This document shows positions 56,698 to 64,000 of a DNA stretch of 64,000 bases, piece after piece (position 1 is the first letter of the stretch; each line of letters begins with the position of its first letter). The stretch is from the NCBI GenBank assembly GCA_021323375.2, contig JAJPCT020000018.1, positions 55,079 to 119,078 of the forward strand. Direction: 5' to 3'. The position numbers and the translations under genes were made by a program. The notes beneath the pieces were generated by a model. That model had not been told where the DNA came from. It saw nothing but the letters and a program-made list of their open reading frames with translations, and ran no database searches. Source of the stretch: Candidatus Wolframiiraptor gerlachensis (GTDB lineage: Archaea > Thermoproteota > Nitrososphaeria_A > Caldarchaeales > Wolframiiraptoraceae).

Positions 56698-57534
56698 TCA
56701 AGGGCTTAAGTCTTCTCCAAGAACCCTCCTCAAGACCCTCTCAACACGATCTATGTCCATGGTATATGTTAGGTCGAGGACCCATGAGTCTAGCGGGATA
56801 ACTTTTACCCCGCAGAGACCCTCATCTATCATGAGCTGGACGGCTGCTGTCAGCTCAAGCTCCCCCCTGACGGGATGAGGCTTAACGCGCCTACAAGCTT
56901 CGAATATCACCGGGCTAAACCTCCAGAGATTCATGTTCACGAGCATGCCATATCTCGTCCTATACGCCTCCGGGTTTTTGGGCTTCTCAATTATCCTGAC
57001 GAGGTTTAGGTCATCATTAATCTCCATGACCGCAAAAGATCTAATCCTCTCGAGCCCGAAGTTCCCAGATGAGAGCAGGGATTCCAGCTTGAAGCCGCCA
57101 ACATAGCATATGCCGTGATCTTCTGCCCTGATCACGGGCTCAAGGGCATCCCTCGGGTAAAAATTATCACCATTCAACACGAGGAAGACGTCATCTTCGG
57201 CGAATTCCTTGGCGGCATAGACGGCGTCAGCGGTCCCAAGAGGCCTCTCTTGGATCGCGAAGCTGATAGAGATCCCCAGCTCCCGGCCAACCTCATCAAA
57301 ATAGCTCCTTAGCTCAAGATGCTCCGGCCCAATGACGAGGCAGATCTCATGGACCTCAAGCCCTGCGAGAACCTTCAGCTGATGATAGATGAATGGCTTT
57401 CCGGAGATGGGAATAAATGGCTTCCAGCCGAGCCTTGCGAACTTCTCAACCTGTGGGTCGAGGGGTACCTGGTCCAAGCTGCTCCTCATCCTCTTGCCCA
57501 TTCCACGCGCGAGGATCACGGCTTTGCCGATCAA
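56698..57534 (-). CDS. Sugar-phosphate nucleotidyltransferase (NTP_transferase family)
   Basis: 278 aa. N-terminal AVILARGMGKRMRS (GxGxR motif), then LGTADAV and NGDNF. Confidence 0.8.
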   Translation of the reverse strand: MIGKAVILARGMGKRMRSSLDQVPLDPQVEKFARLGWKPFIPISGKPFIYHQLKVLAGLEVHEICLVIGPEHLELRSYFDEVGRELGISISFAIQERPLGTADAVYAAKEFAEDDVFLVLNGDNFYPRDALEPVIRAEDHGICYVGGFKLESLLSSGNFGLERIRSFAVMEINDDLNLVRIIEKPKNPEAYRTRYGMLVNMNLWRFSPVIFEACRRVKPHPVRGELELTAAVQLMIDEGLCGVKVIPLDSWVLDLTYTMDIDRVERVLRRVLGEDLSP

Positions 57535-57540
57535 CCTTGA

Positions 57541-58341
57541 TCACCTCACTTTGGTGATCCTAAGCTTATCACCCGGCTTAAGCCCGAAGATCTCCGCAGC
57601 GTTTCCACGATTCACCGAGAGCTCGAGATATCCCCATCCCCCAACCGTGAGCAGCGGCTGTCCAGCCTCCACGAAGCCATAAGACCTCACATACCTGCAT
57701 CTAAGCTCTCTACACGGAACGCTCACGAGGGCCTCGTCGCCAAGCTCTAGGCCGAGCTGCATGGGCTTGAGATTCGTCACGAGATTACCGAACCTATCCA
57801 CATGCATTATCGTCGTCTCGGCTGAATCGCCTTCGATAACGGGTTCCGGTAGCCTCATGGCCGCATAGGACTCGATCCTCCTGCCGAGGCTTGAGGGCTT
57901 CTCTCCCCGGGCAAGCCTGCCGACGACATGAGCGAAGACATCCCTCGCATGGAATGTCTCAGCATTCCTGGGAGGAAGATTAGACTCATCAATCTCATAG
58001 GCCGCGGATACCCCGAGGATCTCGGCGGCTGGCGCCATGAAGCCCGTATCAGGGCCGATGAATACATCACCCCTCACGGTCTCCAGGATTATCCCCCTCC
58101 TCCTAGTCCCAACTCCCGGATCAACGACGCAGAGATGGATCGTGGCCGGAGGCATGTATGGCACGCTCACTCTCAGGATGAAGGCCGCTTGAAGCTCGTT
58201 AAACGGCATAACCTCATGCGTTAGATCAATTATCACCGCATCCCTGCAGTACGATAGTATAACGCCCTTCACCTGCCCCACGTATGGATCCGCAAGCCCG
58301 AAGTCCGTGAGGATCGAGATAACAGGCCTAGTGCCCATCAT
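57541..58341 (-). CDS. SAM hydroxide adenosyltransferase (DUF62, chlorinase/fluorinase-like family)
   Basis: 266 aa. N-terminal ISILTDFGLADPYVGQVKGVI and VVDPGVG motifs. Confidence 0.8.
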   Translation of the reverse strand: MMGTRPVISILTDFGLADPYVGQVKGVILSYCRDAVIIDLTHEVMPFNELQAAFILRVSVPYMPPATIHLCVVDPGVGTRRRGIILETVRGDVFIGPDTGFMAPAAEILGVSAAYEIDESNLPPRNAETFHARDVFAHVVGRLARGEKPSSLGRRIESYAAMRLPEPVIEGDSAETTIMHVDRFGNLVTNLKPMQLGLELGDEALVSVPCRELRCRYVRSYGFVEAGQPLLTVGGWGYLELSVNRGNAAEIFGLKPGDKLRITKVR

Positions 58342-58360
58342 CCCAAGCCGATATTATGAT

Positions 58361-58420
58361 GCGCGCTCAGAGCTTTTAACCATCCTCATCTCATCAGGTA
58401 GCCAGGACTCATCATCGCTG
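58361..58420 (-). ncRNA. Candidate C/D box sRNA (2'-O-methylation guide)
   Basis: The minus strand reads cagcg ATGATGA GTCCTGGCTAC CTGA TGAG ATGAGGA TGGTTAAAAGCT CTGA gcgcgc. That gives a perfect C box, D' CTGA after 11 nt, a 6/7 C' box and D CTGA after 12 nt. GC-rich flanks could form the terminal stem. It is intergenic, just upstream of 57541..58341. Confidence 0.45.
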
Positions 58421-58509
58421 AGACATGATCAGCGGACTAGCATATTAATTCAGCCCCTTCCATGGGCTAGTGGAAGCGTTTATTCCTAGGTGGCGGCATT
58501 TGATAGGGC

Positions 58510-59352
58510 GTGATAAGGGTTAGAAAGGCTGATGGCAGGCTTGAGCCCTATGATGGCTCTAAGGTGCTAAGGACAGCCCTCTACCTCGGGCTGGACCGGG
58601 CTGATGCGGAGAGGATAGAGAGGGAGGTTTCCGAGAGGGTTTATGATGGGATTCCGACATCCGAGATTCTTACGATGATCCGCGGGCTCGCGGAGGAGGT
58701 TAGGCCCGAGCTCTCTCACTTGAGAGATATCAGGGAGGCGATCTCGGCTATGAGGCCGAAGCCAGATTTCGAGGATTATGCCAGGATTATCTTAAGGGAG
58801 GTTGGATACCTCGTCGAGCCGGGGAGGGTTCTCGAGGGCAGATGCGTGAGCCACGAGATAGATGGCATAGCGTTTAAGGGCGATGAGGTCTTCGTCGTCG
58901 AGGTGAAGCATCACTTCAACCATCACACGTATACTGGGCTCGGCACGATACTTGAACTATGGGCCGCATTAGAGGATCTCAGGGAGGGTTATAGGCTGGG
59001 CTTCCACCCATATGCCTTCACATCCGCCATCCTAGTCTGCAACACGAAAATCTCCCAGCATGCGGAGCAGTATGCGAGATGTAAGGGGATAATGTATATG
59101 GGATGGAGGTATCCGAGAGCATTCGCGCTCAGCGACATCGTCTCGAGCAAGAGAATCTATCCGATAACGATGCTCAAGGAGCTTCCCGCTGATATGATCG
59201 CGAAGCTCGGCGACCGGGGAATAGTGACTTTGAACCAGCTGATTAAGCTCCGGGCGAATGAGGTGGCCGAGATACTCGGGGCGAGCATTGAAGAGGCGGA
59301 GCGGGTTAGGGAGGTCGCGGAGAAGATCCTCTCAAGCCCGCGTCAAAGCTAA
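58510..59352 (+). CDS. ATP-cone domain plus PD-(D/E)xK (Mrr-like) nuclease domain protein with C-terminal HhH
   Basis: 280 aa with a GTG start. The N-terminus VRKADGRLEPYDGSKVLRTAL is ATP-cone-like. The nuclease core is HEIDGIAF...VFVVEVKHH, and the C-terminus has LNQLIKLRANEVAEILG. Confidence 0.65.
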   Translation: MIRVRKADGRLEPYDGSKVLRTALYLGLDRADAERIEREVSERVYDGIPTSEILTMIRGLAEEVRPELSHLRDIREAISAMRPKPDFEDYARIILREVGYLVEPGRVLEGRCVSHEIDGIAFKGDEVFVVEVKHHFNHHTYTGLGTILELWAALEDLREGYRLGFHPYAFTSAILVCNTKISQHAEQYARCKGIMYMGWRYPRAFALSDIVSSKRIYPITMLKELPADMIAKLGDRGIVTLNQLIKLRANEVAEILGASIEEAERVREVAEKILSSPRQS

Positions 59353-59360
59353 AACAAAGA

Positions 59361-60458
59361 ATGCTGGAGATGATGCTCGGCATGGAGCTGATCGAGATAG
59401 ATGGATCAATGGGTGAAGGCGGCGGCCAGATCCTCAGAAACGCGGTCTCACTCTCCGCCGTCTTGATGAAGCCGATAAGGGTCTATAATATCAGGGCTAA
59501 GAGGAGTAATCCGGGGCTGAGGCCGCAGCATCTCACGGGTGTTAAGGCTGTTGCAACCCTCTCATCAGCGGAGGTCTCGGGTCTCTATGTCGGCTCCAAG
59601 GAGATAATCTTTAGGCCGAGGGCGCTCAAGGGCGGTAGAATGAGTTTCGACGCGGGAACCGCCGGTAGCACAACGCTCATACTCCAGAGCCTCATGCCGG
59701 TTATGGCCTTTAGTAGCGAGTCTGTTGAGGTGGAGCTTAGAGGTGGGACGAACAATCCTATGGCCCCACCCGTCGAATACTTTCAATACGTCTTGATACC
59801 GATCTTGGATAGGATGGGCTGCAGCTTCGAGGTCGAGCTCCTGAGGAGGGGTTTCTACCCGAGGGGCGGCGGCGTTGTTAGAGCGAGGTCGAAGCCTGTT
59901 GAGAGGCTCAAGCCGATAAGATTGATGGAGTCTGGTGGCGTGAGGAGGATACGCGGCCTAAGCTATAGCTGCAGACTGCCGGCGCATATTGTAGAGCGCA
60001 TGGCCTCGACTGCTGAGAGGATCCTTAAAGGCGCAGGATATGGAGATGTTCATGTTGAGAGGCAGGCCCTCCAGCCCGGAGACAGCGCATGCTCCCTCGA
60101 CCCGGGCTGCGGGATAATCTTGGTGGCGGAGCTGGAATCAGGCGCCGTAATGGCCTCTGATAACCTCGGGAAGATCGGTGTCCCAGCGGAGAGGATTGCG
60201 GAGGAGGCTGCTCAAAGCCTCATAAAACAGCTCGAGACAGGGGCACCCGTGGATAGGCATCTAGGCGACCAGCTCGTGATATGGGCAGCACTCGCATCCG
60301 GGGTCTCCGAATACAAGGTCGCAGAGCTAACAATGCATACGACAACGAGCATAGACCTATGCAAGATCATGGCCGGCATAAACGCCGAGATCGATGGAAG
60401 GCTTGGAGAACCCGCGACTATAAGAATCACGGGGATAGGCTATGTGAGGCCCGGCTGA
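59361..60458 (+). CDS. rtcA: RNA 3'-terminal phosphate cyclase
   Basis: Contains IEIDGSMGEGGGQILRNAVSLSAV and the catalytic-His region. The true start may be the ATG at 59382 (MELIEIDG). Confidence 0.9.
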   Translation: MLEMMLGMELIEIDGSMGEGGGQILRNAVSLSAVLMKPIRVYNIRAKRSNPGLRPQHLTGVKAVATLSSAEVSGLYVGSKEIIFRPRALKGGRMSFDAGTAGSTTLILQSLMPVMAFSSESVEVELRGGTNNPMAPPVEYFQYVLIPILDRMGCSFEVELLRRGFYPRGGGVVRARSKPVERLKPIRLMESGGVRRIRGLSYSCRLPAHIVERMASTAERILKGAGYGDVHVERQALQPGDSACSLDPGCGIILVAELESGAVMASDNLGKIGVPAERIAEEAAQSLIKQLETGAPVDRHLGDQLVIWAALASGVSEYKVAELTMHTTTSIDLCKIMAGINAEIDGRLGEPATIRITGIGYVRPG

Positions 60459-60533
60459 AGTTAATATTTTAAAGATGCTCAAGCCCCAGACCGTGTAAAG
60501 CTGTGGCATAAGGGCTGGAGGCTGAGTAGAGAC

Positions 60534-61052
60534 TTGAGAAGGGGGCTTTTTGTCGGCAGGTTTCAGCCACCTCATCTGGGCCATGTTCATGCTATTAAGA
60601 CAGTCCTAGCTGAATGTGATGAGCTTGTGATAGTTGTGGGAAGCGCGCAGTATAGTCATACGCTTGAGAACCCGTTCACGGCTGGTGAGCGGGTTGAGAT
60701 GATCCGCCAAGCCCTAGCAGAGGAGAACATAGACCTAGCGCGCGTCTATATAATCCCGGTCCCCGATGTTGGCGAGCACTCGGTCTGGGTTGCGAGGGTC
60801 AAGTCCTTCTGCCCAAGCTTCCACGTGGTCTACACGAATAACCCACTGGTGAGGAGGCTCTTCGAGGAGGGGGGTTATGAAGTGAAGCCTGTAAATCTCT
60901 ATCAGAGAGACCTAGAGATGGGGGCGAGGATAAGGGAGCTTATGCTGAGGGGAGGCGACTGGGAGAGCCTCGTGCCGCGTAGCGTCGCCGAATACATCAA
61001 GAGGATAGGAGGTGTTGAGAGACTCAGGACAATAGCCCAGAAAGATTATTGA
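60534..61052 (+). CDS. nadM: Nicotinamide-nucleotide adenylyltransferase (archaeal NMNAT)
   Basis: 172 aa with a TTG start. Motif GLFVGRFQPPHLGH. Confidence 0.88.
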   Translation: MRRGLFVGRFQPPHLGHVHAIKTVLAECDELVIVVGSAQYSHTLENPFTAGERVEMIRQALAEENIDLARVYIIPVPDVGEHSVWVARVKSFCPSFHVVYTNNPLVRRLFEEGGYEVKPVNLYQRDLEMGARIRELMLRGGDWESLVPRSVAEYIKRIGGVERLRTIAQKDY

Positions 61053-61073
61053 GCCATCCTCTCGAGTGGAATC

Positions 61074-61439
61074 ATGTTGAGGGAGTTCAGGTATAAGCAG
61101 GCAATACTCGTGAGGGCGGATCTGAGGATGAGTAGGGGGAAGATAGCGGCTCAAGCCGCTCATGCAGCCGTCTCAGCTGCCGAGGAGTGTAGGAGGCTTA
61201 GGCCCGACTGGCTTGAGGCATGGCTATCTGAGGGCCAGAAGAAGGTGGTCCTGAGGGTTGAGAGCGAGGATGAGCTTAGGAGATTCTATGAGGAGGCGAG
61301 GAGGATGGGGCTTCCGGCGAGCTTGATAGAGGATGCGGGGCTGACGGAGATCCCGCCGGGAACATTAACCGCGTGCGGGATTGGGCCAGCGCCCTCTGAG
61401 ATCCTCGACAAGCTAACAGGAAGGCTTAAGCTCCTTTAA
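61074..61439 (+). CDS. pth: Peptidyl-tRNA hydrolase, archaeal Pth2 type
   Basis: 121 aa. Contains [26 protein letters not shown] and [14 protein letters not shown]. Confidence 0.9.
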   Translation: MLREFRYKQAILVRADLRMSRGKIAAQAAHAAVSAAEECRRLRPDWLEAWLSEGQKKVVLRVESEDELRRFYEEARRMGLPASLIEDAGLTEIPPGTLTACGIGPAPSEILDKLTGRLKLL

Positions 61440-61469
61440 TCTCCCGGGGCAAGATTTCTCCGTGAGTGG

Positions 61470-62861
61470 ATGATGCTGGGAATCCTCGCAAGCCTAACCC
61501 CCGAGTCTGTTGAGAAGTTCATTGGTATAGAGTATTATCTGACGCGGGGTGGTGGGGTGGGCGGCGTCATAAAATCATCCCCGGAGGATTTTCAGACGTG
61601 GGAGCAGCTTGTGGATGGTCTTGACGCGAGATTCGCATATGAGTCTTGGACGGGTTTGAGGGAGGGGTTTGGGGATCAGCTGCTCGCGGTGATGTGGAAG
61701 AGAGGCGTGGATACGATAAGGGCTTGCACGATTCTCGCGAAACAGCTTGGGATAAGGCCAGCACAGATTGGCGTATGCGGCATCAAGGATAAGGTGAGCG
61801 TGAGCTGGCAGTTCATAACGCTTCCAGCATGGAGCATTAGGCCGGAAAGAGTCGAGGTTGGAGGCGTGATAAAAATTCTCCCGATAATGCATGTGGGCTG
61901 GAGGATAAGCTCCGAGAGGCTTGCGAGAAACATGTTTGAAATCGTGATCCGGGGGCCGAGTGATGGGGCTGAGGCCGCTCAAAGGATCTTGGAAGAGCTT
62001 AGGCTCAGGGGGATTCCCAACTTCTATGGCCATCAGAGGTTCGGAATTTCGAGGCCGATAACTCCCATAGTTGGGAGGCTGATGATCGAGGGGAGGATCG
62101 AGGAGGCTGTCAAGGCTTTTCTCGCAGAATACTCCCCGCTCGAGAGCAGTGAGAATAGGATGGCGAGAATGAGGCTTCTCGAGGACTTCGATCCGGCGAG
62201 GGCGCTGGAATACTTCCCGAGGATACTGAGATATGAGCGGGCGATCCTAAGACATCTAGCGAGAAGGCCTGGAGACTATCTCGGCGCTCTGAGATCAATT
62301 CCACTCAGGCTTAGAAGGCTTTTCGTCGAGTCGGTCTCAGCCCTGATATTCAATAAGGCCCTATCCAGGGTGATCGCGGAGGATCTCTTGGGCGTGGTCG
62401 AGGTTGGAGACCTCGTTGTGAGGCTCGATACTTTTGGGAGGCCGGAGCCGGGCAGGCCGATAATGGTCTCGGAGGCGAATATACAGCAGGTCGAGAGGCT
62501 CATATCGCGTGGAAAGCTAGCGGTCGCGCTGCCAGTGCCGGGATACCTCTCCCCAATACCGAGAAGCAGGAAGGGTGAGATACTCCTCAGCATCCTAGAT
62601 GAGATGGGCTTGGAGCCGAATGCATTCCGGCTGAAAATATGCCCAGAGGCCTCGACTAGGGGCTCACTCCGCCCAATAAAGATCACGAGATGGAGCTGCA
62701 GGATATCAGAGCTGGATGATGGCTCAATAAAGCTGAGCATCGAGCTCCCACCCGGATCATACGCGACGATCCTGCTGAGGGAGATAATGAAGCCCGAGAG
62801 CCCGCTCGCATTCATCGGAGGGGGAAATGTTAATAGCCGTGAGCCTAGAGACATTATGTAA
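61470..62861 (+). CDS. truD: tRNA pseudouridine synthase TruD/Pus7 family
   Basis: 463 aa. Contains PEDFQTWE, the catalytic-Asp block VCGIKDKVSVSWQFITL and NFYGHQRFG. Confidence 0.85.
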   Translation: MMLGILASLTPESVEKFIGIEYYLTRGGGVGGVIKSSPEDFQTWEQLVDGLDARFAYESWTGLREGFGDQLLAVMWKRGVDTIRACTILAKQLGIRPAQIGVCGIKDKVSVSWQFITLPAWSIRPERVEVGGVIKILPIMHVGWRISSERLARNMFEIVIRGPSDGAEAAQRILEELRLRGIPNFYGHQRFGISRPITPIVGRLMIEGRIEEAVKAFLAEYSPLESSENRMARMRLLEDFDPARALEYFPRILRYERAILRHLARRPGDYLGALRSIPLRLRRLFVESVSALIFNKALSRVIAEDLLGVVEVGDLVVRLDTFGRPEPGRPIMVSEANIQQVERLISRGKLAVALPVPGYLSPIPRSRKGEILLSILDEMGLEPNAFRLKICPEASTRGSLRPIKITRWSCRISELDDGSIKLSIELPPGSYATILLREIMKPESPLAFIGGGNVNSREPRDIM

Positions 62862-63520
62862 TGGAGGGTTACGTAATCAGCACGCCAAGCGCTAGGGCCA
62901 CGTGGATTATAATTGGTATGAACACGATCATAGGCTTGGCTACATTCGCGACCCAGCTGGCGAACCCCCGCCTCTTCGATGAGATTATCCTTAGCTTCTC
63001 CGCGATACCCTTTCTCACGATACTGGGGAGGGAGCCGTATAGGCTGATAACATCCATGTTTCTCCATGGAGATCTTATCCACCTATTCTTGAACATGTTC
63101 GCCCTCCTCATATTCGGCCCGGATGTTGAGAGGGTTCTCGGGAGGGTGAAGTATCTCATCCTCTATTTTGCCAGCGGCATCGCAGCCGACTATGCTCATG
63201 CATATTTTATCCTGACATTCTACCCGGCTAAGCAGCTCCTACTCACGCCATCGATCGGGGCCTCGGGCGCGATCTTCGGCATCATGGCGGCCTACGCCGT
63301 CCTCTTTCCGCTGAGGAGGGTCGTGTTCTTCATGTGGTTCCCGGTCGTTGCCCCCGCCATAGTCGCGATACTCATAATGGCATTACTCCAGGTCTTCTAC
63401 GCCCTCTTAATGCCCTTCTCGCGGGTAGCTTATGCAGCCCATCTCGGCGGATTCATCGCGGGGCTTGTCATCACGCTCATCTACAGGCCCATGCTGAGAA
63501 GGGTGCGTATCGGGTTTTAA
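62861..63520 (+). CDS. Rhomboid-family intramembrane serine protease
   Basis: 219 aa. Contains FLHGDLIHLFLNM, the catalytic GASGAIFG and AHLGGFIAG. Confidence 0.85.
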   Translation: MEGYVISTPSARATWIIIGMNTIIGLATFATQLANPRLFDEIILSFSAIPFLTILGREPYRLITSMFLHGDLIHLFLNMFALLIFGPDVERVLGRVKYLILYFASGIAADYAHAYFILTFYPAKQLLLTPSIGASGAIFGIMAAYAVLFPLRRVVFFMWFPVVAPAIVAILIMALLQVFYALLMPFSRVAYAAHLGGFIAGLVITLIYRPMLRRVRIGF

Positions 63521-63963
63521 TCAGATCCCATGACCCTGACATAGACCCTCCTGCTCCTCGGCCCATCGAACTCCGCGAGGAATATGCTCTGCCAGGTCCC
63601 GAGCATTAGCCTCCCACCCTCGACTGGCACCGCGAGCGATGCTCCCAAGATTATAGATCTTAGATGAGCATACGCGTTATAATCCACTTCATCATGCATG
63701 TATCCTCCTTTCTCCGGGATGAGCTTCTCCAGGATCCTTTCAAGATCCCTCTTCAGCCCGCCCTCATCCTCATTCATGAATATGCCTGTCGTCGTGTGCG
63801 GCGTGAATATTATTGCGACGCCGCTCTTGATCCCACTCTCCCTAACAGCCTCCTCAACCTCCCGCGTGATATCCCTGAACTCGACCCTGCCACTAGTCTT
63901 TATGGAAAGTTCCTTGAGGAACGTCCTCATCTCATGCAGGCTGGCGCCGCCAAGATTTAACAT
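63517..63963 (-). CDS. YjbQ/UPF0047-family protein (secondary thiamine-phosphate synthase-like)
   Basis: 148 aa. Contains HTTTGIFMNE, NAYAHLRS and LGTWQSIFLAEFDGPR. Confidence 0.8.
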   Translation of the reverse strand: MLNLGGASLHEMRTFLKELSIKTSGRVEFRDITREVEEAVRESGIKSGVAIIFTPHTTTGIFMNEDEGGLKRDLERILEKLIPEKGGYMHDEVDYNAYAHLRSIILGASLAVPVEGGRLMLGTWQSIFLAEFDGPRSRRVYVRVMGSD

Positions 63964-64000
63964 TAGCCTTAAGACTACCCGTATACAAGGTATCTCGTGA

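Noticed and set aside
60470-60530. Weak C/D-like pattern (AAGATGC ... GCTGA) upstream of nadM
   Set aside because: The C box matches only 5/7, there is no credible D'/C' pair, and the spacing is off.
62276-63082. 268-aa minus-strand ORF spanning the truD/rhomboid junction
   Set aside because: It is antisense to two confident genes, has no motifs and crosses a gene boundary.
1-64000. Search for CRISPR arrays, IS elements, integrases, rRNA genes and additional tRNAs
   Set aside because: I saw no regularly spaced direct repeats, no transposase or integrase-like ORFs, and no rRNA signatures. The only T-arm (GGTTCAAATCC) match is the tRNA-Ser at 35.3 kb.

Overview
Archaeal chromosomal segment, densely coding on both strands with about 70 genes. 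Archaeal origin is supported by fibrillarin, aIF-2 beta, RpoK, thermosome, Pth2, archaeal NMNAT, RibL/RibK, proteasome beta and an intron-containing tRNA-Ser. I cannot assign a taxon from sequence alone; the content fits a peptide-fermenting, H2-metabolising thermophile. (1) 3.9-20.3 kb is a hydrogenase island. It holds hypF, a four-gene sulfhydrogenase-type NiFe hydrogenase (hydBGDA order), an AbrB-PhoU regulator, a second five-gene NiFe hydrogenase operon, a maturation endopeptidase, hypE and hypD. The second operon is built on NuoE/NuoF-like subunits and has unusual domain fissions and fusions. Its small subunit is split into two halves flanking the large-subunit gene. One half is fused to a 2x[4Fe-4S] domain plus a degenerate [FeFe]-hydrogenase H-cluster domain. 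This is the most interesting system in the window and is a candidate archaeal electron-bifurcating (HydABC/Bfu-like) NiFe hydrogenase. (2) 20.3-27.6 kb is an Opp/Dpp-type peptide ABC transporter whose substrate-binding gene keeps one reading frame across two in-frame stops. The neighbouring MFS gene (5' frameshift) and a YbjQ-family gene (stop plus frameshift) are also damaged. (3) 30-64 kb holds housekeeping and metabolic genes. These include two divergent DUF72 paralogs, SixA, tRNA-Ser(UGA), AhcY, aIF-2 beta, thermosome, RpoK, myo-inositol-1-phosphate synthase, regulators, HDAC-like, sHSP, PAC2, Acs and Mdh. They continue with class II-like HMG-CoA reductase, DphB, RibL/RibK, proteasome beta, sugar nucleotidyltransferases, RtcA, NadM, Pth2, TruD, rhomboid and YjbQ. 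Extra calls not in the ORF track are a 47-aa RHH gene, a YbjQ pseudogene, a candidate C/D box sRNA, a perfect 22-bp palindrome at the ino1 promoter and a decayed duplicate of a SWIM-domain gene tail next to the tRNA. No CRISPR array, rRNA, transposase or integrase was seen.
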